Of a DNA stretch of 64,000 nucleotides, positions 8,593 to 18,890 are shown piece after piece (within the stretch, counting starts at the first letter, position 1; each line of letters begins with the position of its first letter). The notes under the pieces are model-generated. The model did no database searches. It was not told the DNA's origin and was given only the letters and a program-made list of their open reading frames with translations. Made by a program: the position numbers and the translations under genes. Origin of the DNA: Promethearchaeota archaeon (lineage in GTDB: Archaea; Asgardarchaeota; Lokiarchaeia; Sigyniarchaeales; SOKP01); the NCBI GenBank assembly GCA_048940925.1, contig JBHLOC010000022.1, forward strand, positions 19,442-83,441, in the 5' to 3' direction.

Positions 8593-11025
8593 TTAACTGA
8601 GCTTTTTCTTTCTCATCATTGCATAAATAATACCAATCATCGATACCGCTGAGATTGTCAATGTAATAATCAATGGAGATGCTGGAATTAGAGGTGGTTT
8701 TTCTGGAAGTCCAACATATTTTATTAACTGAAAAGTTGGTAATTCAACTTCATAATAGAAGGCAGGCTGTCCGTCTCTATTATTCATTAAGAATGTCTCC
8801 CAATCTTTCCATAAAACTGCTCCACCTTTTAGTTGATAGGCGTAGATATATGGATACAATTCATTACATAATTTATTAGCCATTTTACTTACCATTTCGT
8901 ATTTATGGAATGATGTTGACACAAACATTTCCAATATCCAGCGAGTAATATTTTCATCAAAACAGAATACACGATTATAAGCAGGATAAATCGGATCCCT
9001 TGGTGTCATATAATAAGCTTGAATCCAACCCTCTGGAATCGTCCTAGGTATGTATAGATACGAAATATACGCATGAGCTGAAAAAATCGAATGTGTACCA
9101 TCAAAAGTGTCACTCCAATAGTAACGGAGTGTATCATAAACAAGTCCTGTCACTTTATTTTTCCCAGTTTCAACTCCTTCGCTAAAACCCACTCCAATAT
9201 TCTTACAAGCCTCCTCAAAAACATTCTTTATATCTTCCACACTATCATCCCAGTACAAATTAAGAACAAAAATGGGATCAGTCTCAGCAACCTGTTGCCA
9301 ATCAGCATCCGTGCTAGCGGAAGTTAAACCTCTCTCAGCGCATCGTTGACTAAAATTATAATTGAATGCCCCTGGTGTTTTTGTATAATTATCCTCTTCG
9401 GTTGTAAGTAAAAGCTCTCGTGCATAGTTAAGATTAAAATCAGCCATTGGCACACTCGCATTATAAAAAATGTTTCCGCGGTATACTATGTTTCCAGGTC
9501 GAACAGCGCGACCATCTAACACAGTATTAATCATTTTATCATAATCAAATGCATAATTCAGTGCTTTACGCAGTGCTCGAGGAACCCCTGCACAAGGTTC
9601 TTTATCAGAATAGAAGCTGTATGAAGCGCGTCTATACGAATCATAGCCTAACATGGGATCAGCCCAATATGATTCATTGATGCAATTCAATGCAATAAGA
9701 ATAGCATAATTTGTAGGATAACCTTCTATATACTCTATATTCTTATTCGCCATAACTGCATCATAATCTATTGGTGTATTAAAAGTATCAAAAGCACAAT
9801 CTACTGCATGAGTCAAAACTCCAGTATTCAATGCATCTAAACCTACTGAACCTATAGGAAATCTGATAATCTCGAGTCTATCAATATCAAACCAACCGTC
9901 TTCTTCAAGAGCAGTTTTATTCCAATAATCTTCAAACTTTACCATATAACCCCCCATAGCAGTAGCTGATTCAGAATACGATACATACTTGTAGGGACCT
10001 GTACCAATACAATGATCAACGATTGTAGGATTCTTTGGATGTCGAATATACGAGGGACCTACACCGTATTCATCGTTTTTGTAACCATAAATTCCTCTCC
10101 CCGTATAATTTTTATAATAAGCGGCATATGAAATTTTTTGTGGTGTCCAAAGACCACCTACTCCTCCATAGGTATTCCAACGATTAAAAATAACATCAAT
10201 CTTTCCTCCTGATTTCTTATTTTCAGTTATTTTTACTTCTTTGATAATTGGATACCTGTCATACATTGCATAATGGATTGCACTACCGCCTTTCCATCCA
10301 CCCCAAGGGTCAGGATTTCTAACAACTCCATTTTCATCAGCAGTGACTCCGGGGTATTTTGTATCTTTCCCAATTATGTAGCCCGCATACCATGAAGGAT
10401 CTGGTGTAGAGGGGCCATCTACTCCATCTTCATCGAGAGTTGGTGCAGCATATTCGGATATATTATAATCTTTACTTTGTGACATCCACCAATCATCAAC
10501 CGAATCCCAAAGTGAGGTATACCCTGACATAGAATAGCCTGTACCTTCACCGGTTAAATTACCTGTGATCAGATATAATCGATCGATGTTCCACTTAAAT
10601 ACAGTAGCATTCCAATCAGAGCCATCATGGAATTTCACCCCTTCTCTAAGCGTAAAACTTATTACTCTTCTTCCACCGGAATTATTAAATCCATAAAGAT
10701 TTTCTTCCACCGGTCGCCACGTTGTCTCCCAATCAGTAACAAGGATACCTTTCCACTCCTCCTCTCTTGTTTTATTTCCAATACCTCCGTCGTATGCTGC
10801 GTTTAATCCATAAGGATACTCACAAGCTATTGGAAAGAAATGAGTGAATATGACGCCTCCTACGGATATTGCAGGGTCCCAATTATCTGGACCTGCGGCG
10901 GATACGCCATATCTAAAAATTTTTATTTCCTCTTCTTTTTGAGCTTTAGCTATAGTAGGAAGAAAAGGTAATATCATAGAACTCAATAATAGAACAGACA
11001 CTAAAATCTTTGAAAATTTTTTCAT
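8593..11025 (-). CDS. ABC transporter substrate-binding protein, family 5 (OppA/DppA-like), C-terminally anchored
   Basis: Signal peptide, FTLREGVKFHDGS, IGTGPYK, LRKALNYAFD, C-terminal TM plus basic tail; divergent from oppBCDF. Confidence 0.88.
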   Translation of the reverse strand: MKKFSKILVSVLLLSSMILPFLPTIAKAQKEEEIKIFRYGVSAAGPDNWDPAISVGGVIFTHFFPIACEYPYGLNAAYDGGIGNKTREEEWKGILVTDWETTWRPVEENLYGFNNSGGRRVISFTLREGVKFHDGSDWNATVFKWNIDRLYLITGNLTGEGTGYSMSGYTSLWDSVDDWWMSQSKDYNISEYAAPTLDEDGVDGPSTPDPSWYAGYIIGKDTKYPGVTADENGVVRNPDPWGGWKGGSAIHYAMYDRYPIIKEVKITENKKSGGKIDVIFNRWNTYGGVGGLWTPQKISYAAYYKNYTGRGIYGYKNDEYGVGPSYIRHPKNPTIVDHCIGTGPYKYVSYSESATAMGGYMVKFEDYWNKTALEEDGWFDIDRLEIIRFPIGSVGLDALNTGVLTHAVDCAFDTFNTPIDYDAVMANKNIEYIEGYPTNYAILIALNCINESYWADPMLGYDSYRRASYSFYSDKEPCAGVPRALRKALNYAFDYDKMINTVLDGRAVRPGNIVYRGNIFYNASVPMADFNLNYARELLLTTEEDNYTKTPGAFNYNFSQRCAERGLTSASTDADWQQVAETDPIFVLNLYWDDSVEDIKNVFEEACKNIGVGFSEGVETGKNKVTGLVYDTLRYYWSDTFDGTHSIFSAHAYISYLYIPRTIPEGWIQAYYMTPRDPIYPAYNRVFCFDENITRWILEMFVSTSFHKYEMVSKMANKLCNELYPYIYAYQLKGGAVLWKDWETFLMNNRDGQPAFYYEVELPTFQLIKYVGLPEKPPLIPASPLIITLTISAVSMIGIIYAMMRKKKLS

Positions 11026-11493
11026 ATTTTTCTTCTCGTTAGTTCTAATTTAAAATTATAATTTTTTTTTTTGATCATTCTACCTTAGCAAAAAAATTCT
11101 TGGTAGAATATAATATAAAATTACATCAACAACATATTTAAATATTATAACAATTTCGACAGAAAAAATGTGATTTCTGAAAAAAATGTTAATAATAAAG
11201 AGAAAAAGACAAATTTTAATAATTTCTTAACTTAACTTGATTTTTTTTCTCTTCATATGGTGAATACAGGGAATAATAAATCCGGAGGAAACATTTGGGA
11301 AAATATCTAAACAAGATTCCAGGATAAGAAAGAATTCTTCAAGAAATCCAATATATTACATGAAATGAACTGAAATACACCCATAAGATCTCGTTGTTTC
11401 CTTAAATATTCAGATATTTAGAAATTATTCTTATTTCTAAATGAGAGATTAAATAAAGAAAAAAAAATTTGGATTTTATGAATTCAAAATAAA

Positions 11494-11740
11494 TTACCCA
11501 AGTTTATTCTTTCTTATCATTGCGTAAATTATGTCAATTATCGATACCGCCGAGACTGTTAATGTAATAATTAGTGGTGATCTTGGAATTAGAGGTTCTC
11601 CTTTTGAGAGTCCTACATATCTTAGGAAATACGGAGATATAAGACCCCAGTAGCCAACTGACCTATTTGCTCTATCTTTTACCCAAAATGTTTCCCATTC
11701 TTTCCATAGGCATTCCCCACCTTTTGCTTGATAAATAAAT
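11494..11740 (-). pseudogene. 3' remnant of a paralogous family-5 substrate-binding protein gene
   Basis: Translates FIYQAKGGECLWKEWETF...YVGLSKGEPLIPRSPLIITLTVSAVSIIDIIYAMIRKNKLG*, colinear with the C-terminus of 8593..11025; no start codon and an in-frame stop just upstream. Confidence 0.85.
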
Positions 11741-11914
11741 CGTAATTATTAAATAAGGTTAAGTTTTTTTTATAACCATACTTAGCAATTATAAAATAAT
11801 AAATAATCAGAAAATATAAACAAGAAATAGAGATACCAATAAAATTACAAAATCTCTTGATTTTTATGTAAATTATATTATATATTTAAAAATCCTATTA
11901 TATATGAAAGTGGT

Positions 11915-12985
11915 GTGGAAATGGCTCGTCAAGCTCGTAACATGATAAAGTACATTATTAAACGGATATTAATCATGTTTCCCGTTTTAATAGCAGTATT
12001 AACATTTACATGGCTTTTATCTCATATGATGGCAGTCAATCCTTATCTAAACAAAATAGGAGGTAGTTTGGAACCGGATTTATATGAACGAGTATTACGA
12101 GAAAGTGGGTGGTATGATCCTTGGTATGTAAAACTTGGTATTTACCTTAGAGATTTTTTCACTGGAAACTGGGGTGAAAGTTATGTCGTGCTCCCAGGAG
12201 AAAAAATAATAAATATAATTGCTCAAATCTTTCCTAAAACAATTGAATTAATGATATTTTCAATCATTATCGTTCCTATTATTGCTATAAAACTAGGTGT
12301 TACTTCTGCAAGACATAAGGATAAACCAAAAGATACTTTAATTCGAGGTGCTGCAATTCTAGGAGCAGGTTTCCCAGTATTTTATATTGCTGTCTTATTA
12401 CAATTGTTTATTAGGCTCTCATTAAGAGATTTTACTGGAGGGGGTATTAGTATTGAGGTGTTATACTCAAATAACCCCTCATTAACACCACCAGTTCCTT
12501 CAGGGGGTGTTGGTACAGGATTTAGAACTATTGATAGTGTCTTATATAATCACCAAGTATACTTGTGGGATACACTTATTCATTTGATCGTTCCTGTAAT
12601 GTGTATGATTTTCGTATCTTTATCTAATGTAACCAGGCAGACACGATCAAGCATGTTAGATGTTTTAGATCAAGATTATGTCAGAACAGCACGAGCAAAG
12701 GGAGTTGCAGAATCAGATGTTATCAATAAACATGCTCTTCGGAATGCTATTCTCCCTACAAGCCATTTAGTTATTCAAGGAACTGCTCTATCACTTTTAG
12801 GATCTCTCTTCGTAGAAGTCACATTCAATTATACTGGTTTTGGATATTACATGATAATGTCGATTTATGGTGGTGATTATTTAGTAATAAACGGACTTCT
12901 TGTTTTTTCATGCATAATTATAATTTCAGGTACACTTATAGCTGATGTTGCGTATACGATTATCGACCCTAGAATTATGTATTAA
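11915..12985 (+). CDS. oppB: oligopeptide/dipeptide ABC permease (OppB/DppB)
   Basis: YIIKRIL, TRSSMLDVLDQDYVRTARAKG, HALRNA, DPRI; likely start ATG 11942. Confidence 0.92.
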   Translation: MEMARQARNMIKYIIKRILIMFPVLIAVLTFTWLLSHMMAVNPYLNKIGGSLEPDLYERVLRESGWYDPWYVKLGIYLRDFFTGNWGESYVVLPGEKIINIIAQIFPKTIELMIFSIIIVPIIAIKLGVTSARHKDKPKDTLIRGAAILGAGFPVFYIAVLLQLFIRLSLRDFTGGGISIEVLYSNNPSLTPPVPSGGVGTGFRTIDSVLYNHQVYLWDTLIHLIVPVMCMIFVSLSNVTRQTRSSMLDVLDQDYVRTARAKGVAESDVINKHALRNAILPTSHLVIQGTALSLLGSLFVEVTFNYTGFGYYMIMSIYGGDYLVINGLLVFSCIIIISGTLIADVAYTIIDPRIMY

Positions 12986-13008
12986 AAAAAAATAGAAAGG
13001 TAATTAAA

Positions 13009-14001
13009 ATGGAACAAATTTATATTGAAGAATTAAAAGAAGAAAAAATTCTTTCAGAATATAAAAAAAATAAATTTATTAGATATCTAAAATTCTATTT
13101 AATTCCTGGTTGGCGTGATCCAGAATTTAGTGCTGAAGAGTATGAAATTGGAAAAATTAAGTCAAAAAGGAGATTATTTAGACGCCTTATCACGCCTTTA
13201 ACAATTGTGGGAATGATTATGATTATGTTTATCGCTATTTTAGGCGTTTATGCTCCTTGGTTAACACAATTTACGATAGAGAATGTTTCTAAGCCTTTTT
13301 TTCCTAATGAGGCACCATATTCTCCACCATCAGCAGCACATCCATTAGGTACTACAAAATATGGGTATGACGTTCTTGCAAGGGTGATCTGGGGGGCAAG
13401 AACTGCACTTACTGCAGCAGCTCTTCCTGTCTTAATTTCTGTAGCAGGAGGTTTAGCATTAGGTACAATTTCCGCCTATTTTGGTGGAAAAGTAGATTAT
13501 CTTATTATGCGTTTTTGTGATTTTTGGTTTTCATTTCCATGGTTGATTCTTGTCATAATAATTTCACCTATGATAGGACAAGATTTATATAATCTTCTAC
13601 TCCTCTATGGTCTTCTTTATATACCATCTAGCACTAGGTGGGTGAGAGCTTTAGTTTTGCAGGTAAAACAGAACTTGTATGTTCAAGCAGCAATTACTGG
13701 TGGTGCAAATAAATTTAAAGTTATGTTTAAGCATGTTTTGCCTAACGCGATATCACCCCTTATAATTGGCTTTTTTGGATCGATGGCTATCGTAGTTTTA
13801 GGTTTTTCAAGTATTGCGTTTTTAGGACTGGGAGATGAAAGCTTTGCAGATTGGGGTACTGATATTAATTATGCAAGAGGACAGCAGTTTGCTTATTGGG
13901 CAGTACTTTGGCCTGGACTTTTTATAGCAATTACAGCAGTTGGATTTATGCTCATAGGGGATGGATTAAGGGATGCGTTAGATCCTAGGCTGCATATATA
14001 A
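13009..14001 (+). CDS. oppC: oligopeptide/dipeptide ABC permease (OppC/DppC)
   Basis: HPLGT..G.DVLARVIWGAR, HVLPN, GDGLRDALDPR. Confidence 0.92.
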   Translation: MEQIYIEELKEEKILSEYKKNKFIRYLKFYLIPGWRDPEFSAEEYEIGKIKSKRRLFRRLITPLTIVGMIMIMFIAILGVYAPWLTQFTIENVSKPFFPNEAPYSPPSAAHPLGTTKYGYDVLARVIWGARTALTAAALPVLISVAGGLALGTISAYFGGKVDYLIMRFCDFWFSFPWLILVIIISPMIGQDLYNLLLLYGLLYIPSSTRWVRALVLQVKQNLYVQAAITGGANKFKVMFKHVLPNAISPLIIGFFGSMAIVVLGFSSIAFLGLGDESFADWGTDINYARGQQFAYWAVLWPGLFIAITAVGFMLIGDGLRDALDPRLHI

Positions 14002-14100
14002 ATCGGAGAGGTTTTTAAAATTTTAGGGATAATATTTCAAACAAGAAATCTGCCAAATTATGGATTTGCTGTAATTGAATCTTTAGCTGCCTTTATCTTC

Positions 14101-17067
14101 TTGTATTTGATTTTGTTTTTTATAATTAATTTTACCTTTAAAGAAGATAAAAAAGTATTAAACGCTTATAGACGAAGTACATTAGAGACTTGTTTAATTA
14201 TTTTGGGTATAATTATTGGTATTCGATTTATATTTGAAATTTTTCAATATTGGAGTTTAATTATTCAATGGCTTAATATGGATCAATTATATTTTGCTAT
14301 AATGGTAACACTTTATTTTTTTCTTTATAAAAAGTTATTAAAGAGATTTGGAATTTCAAGTTTTTCAAATGAGTCTAGTCTCAAATACCATAATTTTAAT
14401 AAGGTTATTATTATTTTCATGGGGATTTCATGGATATTTGCCGCAATATTTTTTTCCATAATGATTCTTAATATTCCAGTTCAGGGTATTGGAGTATTTG
14501 AACTCTATAAGATATTTTGGAATACTGATGAACCTCCTAATATTTTTAACTTAAGTCTATTCTGGACTGCAGTGGTACTTTTCATTGACCTACTTTTAAC
14601 TAATTTAATTAATAGAGCTTTATCAAATGAGAAACGTATTGCGAAAAAAGTCCTTAGAAACTCGATGCTTATGAGTGCATTGATTACATATGGAATTTGG
14701 ATTATCCAACTATTAGTATTTGAAGTGTATTTGAATAAATGGCTTGGTTTTGAGTTGCTTATTCAAGATATTCGTGTATTAATTATAGTTGTTTCAGGAT
14801 TATATATCATATTCTTTTTTAGTTCTCTCAAAACTAAATTTTTACCAGAATTAAGCGAAATGAGTTCAAAGAAAGTCCAAAAGCTATTAGAATTAGAAGT
14901 AGAAACGAAACATGCTAACGTAATTACAACAGAATTAACATTAGAAAACCAAGATTCGACTCTCGATTCTGAAGTTACCGAATTTCGACCACCAGAAGCA
15001 ATTTCTTTTAAAAATTATACATATCTTTTAAGAAAATTCGCCAAAATTCGTTATTTAGATGAAGAAACTTCAACGAATAATATATTTAATAGAAAGAAAA
15101 AAGTCGCAATAATCTTGTGGAGTGTTACATTAGGTATTCTAGCGGTTATTATTTCTTTAATATTATTTTTTTCTGATCTTATTTTTCAAGTATTATTTCT
15201 AAGTTATCTATGCGCTTTATTTTTAGTAGGAGGAGATATTAGCCTTATTTTTATTTTTAATAGAATGAATCCTATTAATAAACGGGCTCCCAAAAAATTA
15301 ATTCAAAACACAATTCTTTATGGGGGATTATTTACATTTTGGACATGGATTATACCATTTTTTATCATTTATATGTATCTTTTTATATGGATCAATGAAG
15401 CTATTATCTTAAACATTACATATATTACTCTTCTTTCGATTTTGATATTTTATTTGGGAATTAGAATTTTAAGATGGTATGGAGTAGCTGTGAAAGTATG
15501 GGGCACACCAATAAGAAGAGCGGTTAATATTAATTTGGTTTGGCTTATCGTAAATTTACCGTTGAGAATTTATTATTTATTTTATTACGGTGGAGTATTC
15601 ACCATAGGTGAAAATCTGCCTTTTAGAATCGTTTATTTTTTTTACATTGGGGAACTTATCATAACAGCAATTAACATTTTTATTGGTACGATTTTAATAG
15701 CGAGATCTTATAAAAGAAAATTAATAGATTCATTAAAGTTTGCTATTCCGGTTCAGATTATATTATTTGTATTGATATTAGTCTTAACTCACATATTAGG
15801 TTTCCTTCAATCTCTTATTATATCATACCATTTCAATCTTCAAGATGCTCGTATTCCCTTACTTGTTGCAACAGGAATATATATAATATCAGTTTTCACT
15901 TCTCTAAGGATAAAAACTTTACCACAATCATCTGAAAAAATTAAGGAAAAATTCAGAACAATCCTCCAAACTACTGAAGAAGATCAAGTCCAAGTTATGG
16001 GTATTGGGAACAATGTAATTTTAGATGTTAAAGATCTTACAACTTATTTTTATACAGAAGAGGGAATTGTTAAAGCAGTAGAAGGCGTCTCATTCAAAAT
16101 ATATCAAGGCGAAACTCTTGGCCTTGTAGGTGAGACAGGATGTGGAAAATCTGTAACCGCCTTATCTATCCTCCGATTAGTAAGACCTCCAGGTGAAATT
16201 AAAAGTGGGAAAGTTATATTTGATGGGGAGGAATTACATACAAAAACAGAGCAAGAATTTTTAAAATATCGAGGAAACAAAATTACAATGATTTTTCAAG
16301 ATCCGCTAAATTCGTTAAATCCTGTATTTAAAATAGGTGATCAAATTTCAGAAGTATATCGGCTCCATATGGAAGATGAATTACTAATAGAAGCAGCCAA
16401 AAAGAATACAAGTATTTATGATATTGCCCGAAAATGGAGCCAAAGAATGCTAAAAGATTTGAATATACCTACACCGAGAGTAATCTTTGACAGATACCCT
16501 CATGAACTAAGCGGAGGAATGCGTCAAAGAGTCCAAATTGCAATGGCTCTTGCCTGTAGCCCTAAATTATTAATTGCAGATGAACCAACTACTGCACTAG
16601 ATGTAACAGTTCAAAATCAGATTTTAAAATTAATGAAAGAGTTAAGAAAAAAGTATAACACTTCAATCCTATTTATTACCCATGATTTAGGAATTATTTC
16701 AAAAATGTGTGATCGAGTTGCTGTAATGTATAGTGGGGTTATAGTTGAATATGGTGATATAATGAAATTGTTTAAAACACCATATCATCCTTATACAAAG
16801 GGACTTATAGCATCTGTGCCAGTTGTGGGAAAAAAAAGAGAACGACTTGAGATAATACCAGGAATGGTTCCTAATTTAATATATCCGCCCTCAGGGTGTA
16901 GATTTCATCCACGTTGTCAATATTGTTTTGAACCATGTGATTCAAAGATACCGAAGAAAATAGAAATAGAACCAAATTATTTTGTCGCATGTCATTTGTA
17001 CGATCCTGAATATAAAGAATTAGCACAGAATTCTATAGTAAAAGTAGAAGAATTGCTAATAGAATAA
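14101..17067 (+). CDS. oppD: OppD/DppD-type ABC ATPase fused to a roughly 635-aa N-terminal multi-pass membrane domain
   Basis: GETGCGKS, LSGGMRQR, ADEPT, HPYT and Cys-rich tail from about nt 16010; many hydrophobic helices upstream; frame is open back to 14002. Confidence 0.88.
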   Translation: MYLILFFIINFTFKEDKKVLNAYRRSTLETCLIILGIIIGIRFIFEIFQYWSLIIQWLNMDQLYFAIMVTLYFFLYKKLLKRFGISSFSNESSLKYHNFNKVIIIFMGISWIFAAIFFSIMILNIPVQGIGVFELYKIFWNTDEPPNIFNLSLFWTAVVLFIDLLLTNLINRALSNEKRIAKKVLRNSMLMSALITYGIWIIQLLVFEVYLNKWLGFELLIQDIRVLIIVVSGLYIIFFFSSLKTKFLPELSEMSSKKVQKLLELEVETKHANVITTELTLENQDSTLDSEVTEFRPPEAISFKNYTYLLRKFAKIRYLDEETSTNNIFNRKKKVAIILWSVTLGILAVIISLILFFSDLIFQVLFLSYLCALFLVGGDISLIFIFNRMNPINKRAPKKLIQNTILYGGLFTFWTWIIPFFIIYMYLFIWINEAIILNITYITLLSILIFYLGIRILRWYGVAVKVWGTPIRRAVNINLVWLIVNLPLRIYYLFYYGGVFTIGENLPFRIVYFFYIGELIITAINIFIGTILIARSYKRKLIDSLKFAIPVQIILFVLILVLTHILGFLQSLIISYHFNLQDARIPLLVATGIYIISVFTSLRIKTLPQSSEKIKEKFRTILQTTEEDQVQVMGIGNNVILDVKDLTTYFYTEEGIVKAVEGVSFKIYQGETLGLVGETGCGKSVTALSILRLVRPPGEIKSGKVIFDGEELHTKTEQEFLKYRGNKITMIFQDPLNSLNPVFKIGDQISEVYRLHMEDELLIEAAKKNTSIYDIARKWSQRMLKDLNIPTPRVIFDRYPHELSGGMRQRVQIAMALACSPKLLIADEPTTALDVTVQNQILKLMKELRKKYNTSILFITHDLGIISKMCDRVAVMYSGVIVEYGDIMKLFKTPYHPYTKGLIASVPVVGKKRERLEIIPGMVPNLIYPPSGCRFHPRCQYCFEPCDSKIPKKIEIEPNYFVACHLYDPEYKELAQNSIVKVEELLIE

Positions 17068-17126
17068 AGATGAATATTTGAAAACCAAATTAAAAAGATT
17101 TTAAAAATCATAAAAAAGCGATAAAA

Positions 17127-18890
17127 ATGATTTTTCCCGGATTTACAATCACAAGTTTTGTATTAGAAGGGGTGCTCTTAGTATTAATCTCAATTATTGG
17201 ATTTTTCTTTTTTAGGTGGTATTCAAGAGAGAAAGGATGGGAGTATTCTTTTATGAATGCTTTTTTTATAATTGGAATATGGTTTGTTATTGAATTCTGT
17301 TTAGGGGTATTAGTTCCATATTTATTCAACGTATCTTTCTTAACGGAATCTCTGATTTCAAATATAAGCATTATCAACATCATGATAATAGGAGTAAACA
17401 TCTTTATTGGACTCATTATTTTTGTAAAGTTCATTAAAAAACCACTAAAAGATTCAATAATTTTCACTGTTGTTGTCCAAGGGTTAATATTTGGAATAGC
17501 AACTATTATCAGAATCTTATTGGGGGTGTTTATAACTATGATTACTACTGATAATGAGGATATTTCTGCGTCGGGATCCTTATTCTTCATGATTATAATG
17601 ATATTGTTTGGCATAACTGTTTTTTATGTGAATTGGGGGGATAAAATACAGTTTGTAAAATATAGGAATATCATTATACTTATTTCTTTTATACCAGAAC
17701 TAATTTATTTACAAAATCAATTTGACGTACAGGGTGACGCATTCATACGTCAATTTAGCATAAACATAATGTGGACTATTTTAGTTTTGATAATTTCTAC
17801 AACCATAGTTAAACAAGTTTCATATAGAACAATTTCTCTTAAGGAATTCAAAATTTTACCGGTTCTTGAAAAAGGTATAGAATTACTTAAAGTAAAAGAT
17901 TTAAAAGTCTATTATCCGCTTTATGGAGGAATACTTAAAAGACAGTTTGGATCTGTTAAAGCTGTTGATGGGATCTCTTTTACTATAAGAACGGGAGAGA
18001 CTGTAGGATTAGTAGGGGAAAGCGGTTGTGGAAAAACTACAGTTGCATTATCAATTTTAGGATTGGTGCCAAAAGAATCAGGTGAAGTTGAATTTCATAA
18101 TAATACCCTCCTTGGTGAACTAACAAGAGAAATGAGGAGAAAAATACAATTTGTATTTCAAGATCCTGATGCATCCTTGAATCCGCGAATGAAAATTGTT
18201 GATATAATCGCAGAACCCCTCAAAAATTTGTTGGGCGTTTCTGATAAAACTGAAATCAGGAAACGAGTTTTAAAATTATTAGATGAAGTGTCTTTAAAAC
18301 GTGAGCATATGGATCGTTATCCTCATGAATTTTCAGGGGGTCAAAAACAAAGAATTGTTATAGCACGAGCACTTGCTAGTAATCCCGAGTTAATTATATT
18401 AGATGAGCCTACTTCCGCTTTAGATGTATCAGTTCAAGCTCAAATTCTAAACTTACTAAAAGATTTGCAAGCTACTTATGGATATGGTTTTATGTTTATA
18501 ACTCACAATTTAGCTGTCGTTAATCATATTGCTGATAGGATCGCAGTCATGTATCTTGGAAAATTTGTTGAAGTTGGCAATACAGATCAAATATTTTCAA
18601 ATCCTTCACATCCCTATACTCAAGCACTTTTAGAGTCAAGAACAGAACTTGATCCTACTAATAAAGAAATTAGGTTCGTTATTAAAGGAGAAGTTCCAAG
18701 TCCAATAGCACCTCCTCCAGGATGTTCATTTAATCCTCGTTGTATTTCAGAGGCCAGAACAAGTGATTGTATGCGAAAGGCACCTCATAAAATGGAAATT
18801 GAAGAGGGACATTATATCTGGTGCGTTAATCCTCCCATACCTATGCAGTCTAAGGTTACAGAATCTAAAGAGAGACTATCTCTCGAATAA
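17127..18890 (+). CDS. oppF: OppF/DppF-type ABC ATPase fused to a roughly 250-aa N-terminal membrane domain
   Basis: GESGCGKT, FSGGQKQR, LDEPT and HPYT from about nt 17880; about 7 hydrophobic helices upstream. Confidence 0.88.
   Translation: MIFPGFTITSFVLEGVLLVLISIIGFFFFRWYSREKGWEYSFMNAFFIIGIWFVIEFCLGVLVPYLFNVSFLTESLISNISIINIMIIGVNIFIGLIIFVKFIKKPLKDSIIFTVVVQGLIFGIATIIRILLGVFITMITTDNEDISASGSLFFMIIMILFGITVFYVNWGDKIQFVKYRNIIILISFIPELIYLQNQFDVQGDAFIRQFSINIMWTILVLIISTTIVKQVSYRTISLKEFKILPVLEKGIELLKVKDLKVYYPLYGGILKRQFGSVKAVDGISFTIRTGETVGLVGESGCGKTTVALSILGLVPKESGEVEFHNNTLLGELTREMRRKIQFVFQDPDASLNPRMKIVDIIAEPLKNLLGVSDKTEIRKRVLKLLDEVSLKREHMDRYPHEFSGGQKQRIVIARALASNPELIILDEPTSALDVSVQAQILNLLKDLQATYGYGFMFITHNLAVVNHIADRIAVMYLGKFVEVGNTDQIFSNPSHPYTQALLESRTELDPTNKEIRFVIKGEVPSPIAPPPGCSFNPRCISEARTSDCMRKAPHKMEIEEGHYIWCVNPPIPMQSKVTESKERLSLE

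Noticed and set aside
11240-11450. Coding-like composition between the binding-protein gene and its relic
   Set aside because: No frame I read gave a recognisable protein.
17108-17614. 168-aa minus-strand ORF
   Set aside because: Antisense shadow of the hydrophobic OppF N-terminal domain; its Ile/Asn/Lys-rich composition fits that.
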